DNA of 64,000 bases from an uncultured delta proteobacterium (GTDB taxonomy: Bacteria; Myxococcota_A; Polyangia; Polyangiales; B10-G4), in NCBI GenBank assembly GCA_963727445.1, contig CAVSGI010000017.1, positions 64,001 through 128,000 of the forward strand. Reading direction: 5' to 3'. Shown piece after piece: positions 41,428 to 52,788 of this stretch. Numbering within the stretch: position 1 is the first letter of the stretch; each line of letters opens with the position of its first letter. Both the position numbers and the translations under genes were made by a program. Below the pieces are notes generated by a model. The model was not told where the DNA came from and ran no database searches. It saw only the letters and a program-made list of their open reading frames with translations.

Positions 41428-43467
41428 CTAGAGCCGGTGGGCGCCCCGGTACATGTGCACGCGGCGGCGCTCGCCGAGGTGGCCGCCCTCCATCTGCCCC
41501 TCGACCAGCTCGTAGCCGAGGAGCGCGAAGACGCGGCCGCGCAGGAAGAGCGGGCGCGCGTTGCCATACCAATCGACGCAGGAGGCGACGCAGTGGTCGT
41601 TGACCTGGCCGGCGTGCGAGGCGAGGGAGCCGACGGGACTGAAGGAGAGATCCTGAACGCGCAGGAAGAGGATGGACGCCGAGCCGTTTCGGAGCTGCAT
41701 GTAGCCGGGTGAGCCTCCGCTGCGCACGGGCAGTCCGAGCACGCCGCCGCCGTCACCATCCGGCTTGTAGAAGAAGCCGTGGCTGCGGGTCTCCCCCTGG
41801 GACGCGCCCCGCTGGGTGTAGCGGTCGCGAAGGCGCGGCTCGTCGCCGAGCTCGACGGCGCTGAAGTGCAGGTCTTGCCCGTCGGTGCCGACGACCACCG
41901 CGTCCCGTCCGAGCGCTTCGATGCGATCGACCCCGTGCGGCAGGGAGAGGCGGGTGACCTCTCCGCCGCGCGCGTAGGGATACGCGTAGACGTGCTTGTC
42001 CGCCGTTGCATCCTGCCATCCCCAGGAGCTCCCGGTGCCGTAGAGCACGTAGTCGCCGACGAAGCGGTTCTGGAACGAGTAGCCGCCGGTGGGGGCCACC
42101 AGGGTGGTGTACATCGACGCGTCGACGGCGTCCGTCGTCGCGCTGCCGAAGGCCTCGAGGGGCATGCGCAGAAGACCCACCGCACCCGCGCTCGCTTCGG
42201 GAGCCCACATCATGTCCCCGCCACCCTCGGCGCGCACCAGGACGTCGAGGTGATCGCCCTCGGCCTTGAAGGAGAACTGGTCGACGGGGTTACCCCACAC
42301 GCGCCGCGCGCCAGGGCGGGAGCCGTCGAGGGGCAGGCGATAGACCGCTGCGCGCGGACGCCGCTCGGTGACGGGCTCGTCGTCGGGCGCCGGATCCTCG
42401 TAGTCGCCGTAGTACCCCTCGGACACCCAGACGTAGACCGCGTCCGCGGCGACGTAGAAGTTGCGGCCGGGCGGTCCGACGATGGAGGTCGCCTCGCAGG
42501 GGAAACCGGCGGCGCCGAGATCGCATTGGACCACGGTGTGGAGCACGGGCGTCGAGGTCGGCTGCACGGGCCGGTAGATGCGCTGAGCGCGGACGATCTC
42601 GGACCACTCGCCGACGCCGCCCGTGTTCTGGGTCGCGACCGAGGGAAGGGTCGAGGTGAAGGTCGGCTCCCCGCGCTCCCAGCTCTGCTGGAACATGAAG
42701 TAGGGCATGTAGAAGATGAGCGTGTCGCCGATCAGCCGGCTCGCGTAGTTCCGCGACGAGTAGTAGTCGTTCGAGCGGAGGTAGTGCGTCGCGCGGTGAC
42801 GGACGATGCCCTCGTCGTCGATGTCGAAGAGGCCGAGCTCGGTGGCCCCCACCTCGTAGCTGAACCCCACCACGACGATGGTGTCGTCCGAGATCAGCAT
42901 CTCGTCGTACCACCCGCCGTTGCCGCGCCGCCCCGGAGGCGTCACGTCCACCATGGAGATGGGGCGGAGCTGATCGTCGCCGATGAGGGTGGTGAAGAGG
43001 CGACCGCGGCGAAGGACCACCAGGTGGTCACCGTGAACCTTGACGATGCCGCCCTCGTCGACGCCCTGCTCCTGGTTGTTGGTGACCGACTCGTCCTCGC
43101 TCTCGGCTTCGGAGGCTTCCTCCGCGGGCGCCTCGGCGGAAGCGGCCGTCGCCTCGGGCTGCGCCCCGCCCGAACGGGCCCTCGACCGGCGCTCCATCGC
43201 TTGGTAGCGCGCCACCATCTTCGCGATGGTCTCGTCGACGAAGCCGCGGAAGTCCGCGTCGGAAGCGAAGGCGCTGAGGTTGCCCGAGAGCGTCACGACG
43301 TTGTCTTCGATGGGGGTTTCGGGATCGCCCGCCTCGCCGCCGGCGCCGCCCCCGCCCGACACCAGCGGGTGGTCGACGGTCTCCCCCCGGGTGCACTGGA
43401 CCGCCAGCGCCACCGTTCCCAACAGACCCGTCAGGGCCACCAAACCGACAAGGCTCTTCTTCGTCAT
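41428..43467 (-). CDS. Secreted beta-propeller domain protein (Beta_propel-like)
   Basis: TNNQEQGVDEGGIVK, DYYSSRNYASRL, C.ASCVDWYGNARP. Confidence 0.88.
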   Translation of the reverse strand: MTKKSLVGLVALTGLLGTVALAVQCTRGETVDHPLVSGGGGAGGEAGDPETPIEDNVVTLSGNLSAFASDADFRGFVDETIAKMVARYQAMERRSRARSGGAQPEATAASAEAPAEEASEAESEDESVTNNQEQGVDEGGIVKVHGDHLVVLRRGRLFTTLIGDDQLRPISMVDVTPPGRRGNGGWYDEMLISDDTIVVVGFSYEVGATELGLFDIDDEGIVRHRATHYLRSNDYYSSRNYASRLIGDTLIFYMPYFMFQQSWERGEPTFTSTLPSVATQNTGGVGEWSEIVRAQRIYRPVQPTSTPVLHTVVQCDLGAAGFPCEATSIVGPPGRNFYVAADAVYVWVSEGYYGDYEDPAPDDEPVTERRPRAAVYRLPLDGSRPGARRVWGNPVDQFSFKAEGDHLDVLVRAEGGGDMMWAPEASAGAVGLLRMPLEAFGSATTDAVDASMYTTLVAPTGGYSFQNRFVGDYVLYGTGSSWGWQDATADKHVYAYPYARGGEVTRLSLPHGVDRIEALGRDAVVVGTDGQDLHFSAVELGDEPRLRDRYTQRGASQGETRSHGFFYKPDGDGGGVLGLPVRSGGSPGYMQLRNGSASILFLRVQDLSFSPVGSLASHAGQVNDHCVASCVDWYGNARPLFLRGRVFALLGYELVEGQMEGGHLGERRRVHMYRGAHRL

Positions 43468-43563
43468 GCCCCGTCGGACCGGGGCCGATCGGCCGAGCTT
43501 TGTGATGACGACGAACTTTTTTTCGCGAGGAAGACGGGTGACCGACGCTCCGTAAGATGCCGC

Positions 43564-43569
43564 TATAAT
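43564..43569 (+). promoter_or_regulatory. -10 box of probable leaderless transcript
   Basis: TATAAT 7 nt before ATG 43577, no SD. Confidence 0.6.
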
Positions 43570-43576
43570 CCGCCCC

Positions 43577-44071
43577 ATGGAGGAGGAGCTCGAACAAGCG
43601 CTGCGCGACGCGGGCGTCTCGCGCGCGCAGATCGGTGGGGATGGGGTGTCCTTCGTCGTCGACGACGATCAGATCACCCTCTACCTCGGTGACGCCGAAG
43701 AGGTGGTCTGCGAATCGGTGGAGGACGCCCGCGAACGCATCCAGGCACACGCCGAGGAGACCGAGGCGGACCCGGAGGTCCAGGGCGCGATCGCGGAGCT
43801 CGCCGACTGGTTGGGCGCGCTGGTACGCGACGAGAGCGACACCCAGACCGCCGCGCGCGCCCTCACCGACAAGCTCCTCGAAGAGGCCGAGCGCCTCGAG
43901 CTGATCCATCACGAAAAGCTCAGCTACGTGGGACCGGTCGGTCAGGACGTGGTCTTCACGCCGGAGGGCAGTGAGCTCGCCTTCTTCGAGGACGACAACG
44001 GTCTGTACTGGACCATCCTCGTCACCGACGGCGACACCATCACCTACCGCGAGATCACCCTCGAAGCCTGA
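43577..44071 (+). CDS. Acidic hypothetical protein
   Basis: Typical codon usage; promoter directly upstream. Confidence 0.75.
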   Translation: MEEELEQALRDAGVSRAQIGGDGVSFVVDDDQITLYLGDAEEVVCESVEDARERIQAHAEETEADPEVQGAIAELADWLGALVRDESDTQTAARALTDKLLEEAERLELIHHEKLSYVGPVGQDVVFTPEGSELAFFEDDNGLYWTILVTDGDTITYREITLEA

Positions 44072-44083
44072 GCGCTTCCCCGC

Positions 44084-44698
44084 TCACTCGGGGCAGCTGC
44101 CGAGCTGCCGGATCCGCGCACGCACGACCTCGTCGTCGATCTCGGGATCGGGCCGATCTCGGATCGCGGCCAACACGCCGCGCAAGGCGACGCATTCGTT
44201 GTGGTCGAGAGGCTCCGCCTTGGACTCGAGGGCGTCGGTGATCGAAGCGTTGATCTGGGCGCGCGCCTGCGCGGCGGCTTCCGGCTCCTCGGTGGCGAGG
44301 AAGGTGAGCTGCGCGTCGACGTCGCGCGGCATCCGGTAGCTCAGGTTTCGGATCATGGCGGCCAGGGCCCGGTTCGCGGCCGCGATGCCCAGAAGGCTTC
44401 GGGCCCGCCAGCGCTCCCCGTTCTCGCGGATCACCGCGTCGAAGGCATGGGCGACGGCGACCGTCTCCTGGACGGCTTCGGCGGCCATCCCCTGGGCGGT
44501 GTGGACGAGGGTCTCCACGTCCTCGGTCTGGGGGACGACCAGGCGCCGCGCCTGCAAGGCAGCGAGACGCGTGCTGGCTCGCTCGAACGACGGAGGCACC
44601 GGCTGATCGAGAGCGCTGTCGTCCACTTCCGGCGGTTGAGCGGCGGCGCCCCCGCACGCGGCGAGGCACAGAAAGAGGGTCGTGAAAAAGCGAGGCAT
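44084..44698 (-). CDS. Hypothetical helical lipoprotein
   Basis: MPRFFTTLFLCLAAC lipobox. Confidence 0.75.
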   Translation of the reverse strand: MPRFFTTLFLCLAACGGAAAQPPEVDDSALDQPVPPSFERASTRLAALQARRLVVPQTEDVETLVHTAQGMAAEAVQETVAVAHAFDAVIRENGERWRARSLLGIAAANRALAAMIRNLSYRMPRDVDAQLTFLATEEPEAAAQARAQINASITDALESKAEPLDHNECVALRGVLAAIRDRPDPEIDDEVVRARIRQLGSCPE

Positions 44699-44914
44699 CG
44701 GCCCCCGATCCCACCGCCGAGCCGCCAAGTCGTCAACAAAGTGCGGCCTTCTCGGGGGCCCTGCGGTGCGCGAGGCCCTGGCCTTCTGCATAGGGGCCAC
44801 AGGCCCCAGGAGGTGGAACCCGCATTCGCCACCGGCAGGCTTCGGCGCCACGTAAACCCCCTGGATCCGCCCGATCCGCGCGGAGGCACGGGGGTTGCAA
44901 ACCCTCGCGGCGCA

Positions 44915-46285
44915 ATGACCCGCCAACTCCCCCTCTCTTGGCTTCTCCTCCTCGCAGCCGCCTGCGCCAACGGCGGCCAGGGCAGCGCGCGCGAAAGCGG
45001 CACCGGCGGCAAGGCCGACGGCTCGGGCACCGAGACCACCCTCGCCCGGTGCTGGATCCAGGCCGGCGTCGAGACCGGCGCCGCCACCGATCTGCTCACC
45101 TGCGCCAACGACGCAGCCTCCGGCGCCCACGTACAGCGCATCGAGGTCGCTGTCGGCGACGGAAGCCACGCCACCCTCGACCTGTCGACAGCGAACGAGA
45201 GCGAGACCGCGATCGGCCGCACCGCCTATCCGCTCACCCTCGAGCTCTTCGCGCGGATCGACGGCGTCGAAAAGGACTTCTCGATGAAACAGACGGTGGA
45301 GCAGGCGGAGGACCTCCAGGTCTCGCGCCCCTTCATCGCCCCCTACGATCTCTGGACCATCGTCGTCGAAAACCAGACGGCGCAGGGCGACGTCGGCTTC
45401 GATGCCCGCACCCTCTTCCTCGAAGGGGCCACCGTCACCGGGAGCAGCGAGGGCACGCTCGATGTCGCCGCCTCCAACGAGATCCTCGACGCGGGGGAGA
45501 CGCACACCTTCGTCGTGCCCGTGACCCGCGGAACGCTGGTGCTCACCGGTGCGGCCCGCGACCTCTCGGCGACCGACGTGCTGACGCCCTTCTCTCTCGA
45601 GAAGCCCGGCAACTATCAGCTCACCTCCGACGGCCTCTTCGAAGCCGAGGGCCCGAGCATGGAGGCACGCCCCATCGAAGGCGGGAACGACGCGCTGCGC
45701 TGCGGCCCCTACGACGTCGATGGGGCGACGCACCTCACCTGCTACGTCGTCGCTCGTCCGGGCGTCACCGTGGCCGACGCCACCGTCACCGTGGGCGGCG
45801 AGATGATCACCCTGCCCGCCGACGGCACGGTGATGGACCTGGGCCCGATGAGCGGCGACACCCCGATCTTCGCCTCGCTCCAGCTCGGCAAAGGCATCGA
45901 GGGCCTCGGGCGCGACCTGCCCCCGGTGGAAGGAGACCTGTCCGTGAACGCCGACACCGAGGCGGCGCTGACCTTCCCCTTCGGTCTGATCCACGTCGAG
46001 GTGGAGGTGGAATCCGACGTGCGGGCCGCCATGTTCGAAGGCCCCAACCCCTACACCGTCGAGCTCTCCCGTCGCTGGGGCAGCCTCACCGAGACGCAGT
46101 ATCAGCTGCGCGTGCGCCTCGGCGCCCCGGCCGGCCGCCACATCTGGTTCGCCGCGACCGAGGGCACGAACCACGTCGGCGGCGACGTCGGTGTCTTCGA
46201 GACCGAGACGCCCGATCGCTATCCGACGGTTCTGGTGGACGGCGAGCGCTGGCTGGTGACCCGCCGCGGTCCCGTTCCTCAGTGA
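44915..46285 (+). CDS. Hypothetical beta-rich lipoprotein with GKADG motif
   Basis: LAAAC lipobox; GGKADG. Confidence 0.8.
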   Translation: MTRQLPLSWLLLLAAACANGGQGSARESGTGGKADGSGTETTLARCWIQAGVETGAATDLLTCANDAASGAHVQRIEVAVGDGSHATLDLSTANESETAIGRTAYPLTLELFARIDGVEKDFSMKQTVEQAEDLQVSRPFIAPYDLWTIVVENQTAQGDVGFDARTLFLEGATVTGSSEGTLDVAASNEILDAGETHTFVVPVTRGTLVLTGAARDLSATDVLTPFSLEKPGNYQLTSDGLFEAEGPSMEARPIEGGNDALRCGPYDVDGATHLTCYVVARPGVTVADATVTVGGEMITLPADGTVMDLGPMSGDTPIFASLQLGKGIEGLGRDLPPVEGDLSVNADTEAALTFPFGLIHVEVEVESDVRAAMFEGPNPYTVELSRRWGSLTETQYQLRVRLGAPAGRHIWFAATEGTNHVGGDVGVFETETPDRYPTVLVDGERWLVTRRGPVPQ

Positions 46286-46302
46286 GCTCGAAGCGCTACT
46301 TG

Positions 46303-47328
46303 CTAGCTGCAGTCGGGACAGCCGACGACGGGATCGCAGGGGTTGCAGACGCCGCTCCAGACGCAGCCGGAGATGCAATACTCCCAGTGGTAGGCGCTGC
46401 CGCAGCAGCGGTAGTTCGTCCCGAGGGTGGTGCCGCCCGGCGCGATGCGAAGACACTGGGCCCCGGACTTGGGGCGGCAGGGCCCGAAGGTGCAATCGGC
46501 GCGACAGGTGCGCTCGCCGCAGGGGTCGTCGTTGTTGCAGCTCGTCACCTCGCCGGGCATGCATCGGCCACCACCCATGCAAGAGCCCGCCACGAAGTCG
46601 CCCCACTGGCAGTCGTCACCGCAGGTGCGCGTGTCGGTTTCGGTGCCCGTGCCGCACGCGCCGCAGGACATCATCACGTCTTCGGTCTCGCCCGGGGTGC
46701 ACTCGCAGGGCGGGCCGGTGTCAGCGTCCACGCCAGCATCGGAGACGCCGCCGTCGGGCACCCGGGGCGGGTCGGCGCAGAAGCAGGCGCCATCGATGCA
46801 CGCGCGCATGTCGCAGCCCGCCTCCGGCGCGCAGTCGCCGTCCTCGACGCAAGGGGGCGGGCAGAGCTCGGGCATCTGCGCCGTGCAGGCCGGATCGATG
46901 CATTGCGCGTCGAGACATTCGGTGAGCTGAGGGCTGCCCGCGGGCGCCGGACAGGTGACCCCCGCGCAGTTGGTGGTGAGCAGCACCAGCGCCGCGTAGG
47001 ACGTGTCGAGGGTCAGGGTCACCCGCCGCTGCGCGACGATGCGTCCGCCGGCGTCCATCAACCGCACGCGCAGATCCACGTCGCCCGCGAGCGCGTCGTC
47101 GAACTCGGCGACGCGCACCGAGCGCAAGAAGTCCTCGGAGCCTTCGACCATCAGGGCCTCCTCGCGGACCTCGCCGGCGGTGGGTTCAGCGCGGCGCGCC
47201 AGGGAAGAGACCACCTGGCTGAACTGAAGCCCGGGGTGATAATCGGTGCGGAGGTCGACGGTGAGGCTGATCGGCTCCGGCGTACATGCGCCGGCGACGA
47301 GGAGCACCGCCATCGAGATCCGTCGCAC
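46303..47328 (-). CDS. Cys-rich lipoprotein
   Basis: AGAC lipobox; VDLRTDY; CTPGETE..CGACG..RTC repeats; TATGCT 7 nt before GTG. Confidence 0.8.
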   Translation of the reverse strand: MRRISMAVLLVAGACTPEPISLTVDLRTDYHPGLQFSQVVSSLARRAEPTAGEVREEALMVEGSEDFLRSVRVAEFDDALAGDVDLRVRLMDAGGRIVAQRRVTLTLDTSYAALVLLTTNCAGVTCPAPAGSPQLTECLDAQCIDPACTAQMPELCPPPCVEDGDCAPEAGCDMRACIDGACFCADPPRVPDGGVSDAGVDADTGPPCECTPGETEDVMMSCGACGTGTETDTRTCGDDCQWGDFVAGSCMGGGRCMPGEVTSCNNDDPCGERTCRADCTFGPCRPKSGAQCLRIAPGGTTLGTNYRCCGSAYHWEYCISGCVWSGVCNPCDPVVGCPDCS

Positions 47329-47413
47329 CGGAGGAAGCATAGACGAAAACGTGCGGGCAACACCCTGGAGCCGCGATCCCCGCGACGCCCGAGCGACGCG
47401 TGACGCTTAAAAG

Positions 47414-47450
47414 GAGAGGCGTCTCGACCCGCGTGGGGGAGACGCCTCTC
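47414..47450 (-). terminator. Intrinsic terminator of the YegP-repeat gene
   Basis: 12-bp perfect stem gagaggcgtctc/gagacgcctctc followed by CTTTT on minus strand. Confidence 0.75.
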
Positions 47451-47475
47451 GGGGGACTCCGCCTGGTCTCTGGGA

Positions 47476-48255
47476 CTAGAGGAGGTCGACCGCGGGCAGG
47501 AGCTCGATGATCGAGTCGCGACCGCGGATCGCGTTGCTGTGCGTGGAGTAGACCTCGCTCGTCCCGATGATCCGGCCGTTGCCGGCCTTCACGTTGAAAT
47601 AGTAGCCGCCGTCCGCGGACTGCTTCACGTCGTAGCTGTCGGCGTTTGTGCCGCGGTCCGCGACCGCGAAGGCGCCGTTGTAGGCCGCCGCCTCGGTGGA
47701 GTAGCCCTGGCTGCTGAGGACGATCTCTCCGTTGCCGGCGTGGAGGTTCCAGTAGAAGCGGCCGTCGTTGCCGGTGAAGACGTCGAAGCGCTCGCCGGTG
47801 CGGGTGGCCTGGTAGTCGAGGAAGGCGCCGACGTTGGCGCTGACGGTCTCGATGCCGCGGCGCGCGCCCGAAGCGGTGGTGTAGAGCTCACTGGTGCCGA
47901 TGACGCGACCGTTGGCCGCCTGGAGCACGAAGTAGTACTGGCCGTCGACCGAGTCGCGCAGGTCGTAGCGATGCGGCAGCTCCGCGTTGTCGAGGACCGA
48001 CAGGACGCCGCTGATGGCTGCGGTGCGGGAGGAGTAGCCCTGCGAGGAGAGGATCACCTCGTAGTTGGCGGCCTCGAGGTTGAAGTAGACGTCGCCGTCG
48101 GCCCCGGTGAAGAGGTCGAAGTGGGGCACGGCGCCGAGCTCCGAGGTGCCCGCGCCCGGGGCCGAGGGATCGGCGACGGGAGCGGCGCAGCCCTGGGCGA
48201 GGCCGGCGAAGAGGGCGAGGAGAAGAAGAAGCGTGGTGCTGCTGCGGGGGTTCAT
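47476..48255 (-). CDS. Lipoprotein with four YegP/DUF1508 (UPF0339) repeats
   Basis: AQGC lipobox; 4x DG.(Y/F)Y(F/W).L.A.NG.(V/I)I..S(Q/E).Y. Confidence 0.88.
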   Translation of the reverse strand: MNPRSSTTLLLLLALFAGLAQGCAAPVADPSAPGAGTSELGAVPHFDLFTGADGDVYFNLEAANYEVILSSQGYSSRTAAISGVLSVLDNAELPHRYDLRDSVDGQYYFVLQAANGRVIGTSELYTTASGARRGIETVSANVGAFLDYQATRTGERFDVFTGNDGRFYWNLHAGNGEIVLSSQGYSTEAAAYNGAFAVADRGTNADSYDVKQSADGGYYFNVKAGNGRIIGTSEVYSTHSNAIRGRDSIIELLPAVDLL

Positions 48256-48301
48256 CGGTAGCTCCGTAAGTGGACGGGGTCGGGTGTCGGCTGAGTCCTA
48301 A

Positions 48302-48317
48302 AGCAACCCGGGTGCCA
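48302..48317 (-). promoter_or_regulatory. Sigma54 promoter of the YegP-repeat gene
   Basis: TGGCAC-CCGGG-TTGCT exact consensus; AT-rich stretch upstream; divergent activator. Confidence 0.85.
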
Positions 48318-48368
48318 CATGTAGGTGTGATGAAATTACAGCAGAAAGCGCATCGAGGAGTTGTTTGA

Positions 48369-49907
<1,539 letters not shown>

Positions 49908-49921
49908 ACTCGCGCCGCCAG

Positions 49922-50416
49922 ATGCGCGTCCAACCAAGAGCTCTCGCCCTGTCGCTCTTCCTCGCCGCCTGCGGCGGCGAAGCGGCGGAGGCGCCCCCGC
50001 CGAGCGACGGCGTCTCGGGCGGCGACGAGACCCCCGCCCCGCCAGCGCCCCGGGCCCGCGCCCTCGCGCGCTACGGCTGCGAGGACGAGACCTGGACCCT
50101 CACCTACCTCATCGACACGGAGGCGCGCAGCTGCGACGACCCCGCGACGTCGGCGCCGCTCACCATCGTGCAGAGGCCGGCCGAGACCGCCGGCGAACCG
50201 CAGCGCTTCGCCTTCACGCTCGCTTCCGACGCGGGTGGGGGCGAGGTCTGCCGCGCCCCGAGCGCCTGCCCCGAGCAGGATCACAGCTTCACGATCTTCG
50301 ACTCGGACCCACCGCGGGTGGAGTGGTCGTTTTCGCTCGCGGATGGTGGCGTCGAGCACGGGAGCGCGGCGGTGCTCCTCTGTAACGACGCGCCTCCCCC
50401 GCCCTGCGCAGAATGA
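49922..50416 (+). CDS. Hypothetical lipoprotein
   Basis: FLAAC lipobox. Confidence 0.72.
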   Translation: MRVQPRALALSLFLAACGGEAAEAPPPSDGVSGGDETPAPPAPRARALARYGCEDETWTLTYLIDTEARSCDDPATSAPLTIVQRPAETAGEPQRFAFTLASDAGGGEVCRAPSACPEQDHSFTIFDSDPPRVEWSFSLADGGVEHGSAAVLLCNDAPPPPCAE

Positions 50417-50497
50417 GCCCCCGGCCCGTGCGATCCATTTGCCTCCTCGACCCTCACGCGCCTTGACCGCGCCTCGGGCTTTGTCGATCTTGCCGCC

Positions 50498-51085
50498 ATG
50501 AGAAGGCTCCTCGCACTCCTGCTCCCAGCGATCGCGTGCGGCGGCTCGCCACCCCCGGAGGCGGACGAGCCCATGCCCGACGCCAACGACCCGGGCTACG
50601 CCGCGAGCTTCGACGGCACGATGGACGAACGGGTCAGCACCTCGGCCGGCGAAGAGGGCGGCTTCGTAGTGCTGTGGCCGCGGATCGTGACCAGCGCCGG
50701 CACCGAAGCCCACGAAGGCGCCGCGGTGCAGGCGGCGCTCCGGGCGATCGTGGAACGGGTCGCCGATGGCGCACCAGTGGATGTGCGGCCCGAGCCGCAA
50801 CGCGCATGTCCGCAGAGCGGCTGCGCCGGGGTCGCGGTGGGCGCGGTGCTCCTCGAGAGCCAGAATGCCTGCGCGGTGGTGGCCACGGTGAGCCGCTCCG
50901 GTCCCACCCAGAGCGCGCTCGTCCCCTGGGCCGGCGAGGTGGAGCTCCGCAACCACAACGTACCCTTTCGCGAGCCGCCCGAGCAGCACATCCGCGTCGT
51001 CGACTTCCTCCCCTGCAGCGAGCTGAGCACTGCGCTGAGCGCCGGAGAACCAGAGATCGAGGCGCGGATCCGAGAGGCGCGTTGA
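50498..51085 (+). CDS. Hypothetical lipoprotein
   Basis: AIAC lipobox; TTGACC-17-GATCTT just upstream. Confidence 0.75.
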   Translation: MRRLLALLLPAIACGGSPPPEADEPMPDANDPGYAASFDGTMDERVSTSAGEEGGFVVLWPRIVTSAGTEAHEGAAVQAALRAIVERVADGAPVDVRPEPQRACPQSGCAGVAVGAVLLESQNACAVVATVSRSGPTQSALVPWAGEVELRNHNVPFREPPEQHIRVVDFLPCSELSTALSAGEPEIEARIREAR

Positions 51086-51182
51086 GCCAATGCGAGGTCA
51101 GAACGATTTCGGCCAAGAGGGAATGATGAAGGCGGGTCCGTCGTACGATCGATTTGGGAAGGTCTCGAGCCACCCAGCTGCC

Positions 51183-52769
51183 GTGCGCAAAGTATTTCTC
51201 TCCTCGCTCTTGATGACTGCGGCCGCCTGTGGCGGCGGCGCGAGCTCCACCACCCCCCTCGTGACGGGCACCGCCACCCCCGAGGGCGCGGAGGCCCTGG
51301 AGCTGGGGGAGACGGCCCACGGGGATACGAGCGACCGTGAGGACACCAGCTCGGCGACCTGCGGCGAGCCCGACGGGGCGGGGGACCAGACCTGGACCTT
51401 CACGCCCGAGAGCGAGGGCTGGTATCGCTTCCACGTCGAAGCCGGCTACGACGCCGTCCTGACCATTCGCGACGACACCGGCGGTGAGCTCGGGTGCAAC
51501 GACGACGCCGCCACCAAGCGCGAAGCCGAGCTCGCTGTGCCGCTGGTCGCCGGCCGCACCTACACGGTGGTCGTCGACGGCTATCGCGACAGCGAAGGGC
51601 GCTACGACCTGAGCGTCGAGTCGACCGACGAGGCGTTGCCCGAAAACCGCCACGGCCGCCTCGTCGTAGGCCAACCCGTGAGCGACGACACCACCAACGG
51701 CAGCGACACCATCACCCCCCAGTGCGGCTCGAGCGCCGGAAGTCGCGACCAGGTCTGGCATTTCGTCGCCCCCGAAGACGGCACGTACCAGTTCCAGGTC
51801 GAGGGCCAGTACGACTCGGTGATCGCGCTCTTGGACGAAAGCGGGGCCCAGCTCGACTGCAACGACGACTACAACGGCGAGCGCAGCCGCTCTCAGCTCA
51901 CGCGCACGCTCACCGCTGGCACCGTGCTCGGCGTGGTGGTGGATGGGTGGTCCGGTGGCGAAGGCCCCTACCAGCTCTCGGTCACCAGCATGGGCGGCGG
52001 CGCTTCGAACCCGCAGGGCGGCACCGTCGCCGTGGGGACGCCGGTCAACGGGACGACGACCGGCGGTCAGAATCGCTTCACCCCGAGCTGCGGGGCCGCG
52101 GCGAGCAGCCCCGACAACGTCTGGGAGCTCACCCCGACCCAATCGGGCACCTATCGCATCCACGTCAACTCGCAGTACGACGCCGTGGTCTCACTCTGGG
52201 ACGAGCGCGGCGCCGAGGTCGCGTGCAACGACGATCTGAACTCGACCTCCGAGTCCGAGGTGGTGGTGGGTCTGCAAGCCGGCCGGACCTACAACGTGGT
52301 GGTCGACGGCTACAACGGAGCCACCGGTGACTACCAGCTGCTGGTCTCGCCCGATGGCAGCGGCGCACCGACGCAGAGTCCCACGACCCAGACCGCGGCC
52401 TTCACCTCGTCCGGGACGATCACCCTCGGCCGCCCCATCAGCGACAGCACCGCGGGTGGCGCCGACATGGTTCAGGTCGGCTGCAACTCGGCCAACGCCC
52501 CAGACGACATCTGGGAGCTGACGGTCCCCCGTCGAGGCAACTATCAGATCCACGTCGCCGCACAGTACGACTCGGTGGTGGCGCTCCTCGACGCCCAGCA
52601 CGTGGAGATGGTCTGCAACGACGACCACCGGACGACCCGCGAGTCGCTGGTGCGTAGCCGCCTCGTGCCCCGAAACACGTATTACGTGGTGGTTTCGGGG
52701 TACCAGCAGGAGGCTGGGAGCTACGTGCTCACCGTGCGCCGCGAACCGAAGCCCGGGCGCCGCCCCTGA
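51183..52769 (+). CDS. Lipoprotein of four PPC-like (pre-peptidase C-terminal) repeats
   Basis: AAAC lipobox; 4x D..W.....G.Y...V...YD.V..L......CNDD...Y.VVVDG. Confidence 0.85.
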   Translation: MRKVFLSSLLMTAAACGGGASSTTPLVTGTATPEGAEALELGETAHGDTSDREDTSSATCGEPDGAGDQTWTFTPESEGWYRFHVEAGYDAVLTIRDDTGGELGCNDDAATKREAELAVPLVAGRTYTVVVDGYRDSEGRYDLSVESTDEALPENRHGRLVVGQPVSDDTTNGSDTITPQCGSSAGSRDQVWHFVAPEDGTYQFQVEGQYDSVIALLDESGAQLDCNDDYNGERSRSQLTRTLTAGTVLGVVVDGWSGGEGPYQLSVTSMGGGASNPQGGTVAVGTPVNGTTTGGQNRFTPSCGAAASSPDNVWELTPTQSGTYRIHVNSQYDAVVSLWDERGAEVACNDDLNSTSESEVVVGLQAGRTYNVVVDGYNGATGDYQLLVSPDGSGAPTQSPTTQTAAFTSSGTITLGRPISDSTAGGADMVQVGCNSANAPDDIWELTVPRRGNYQIHVAAQYDSVVALLDAQHVEMVCNDDHRTTRESLVRSRLVPRNTYYVVVSGYQQEAGSYVLTVRREPKPGRRP

Positions 52770-52788
52770 ATCAGTTACCCTCGGACCC

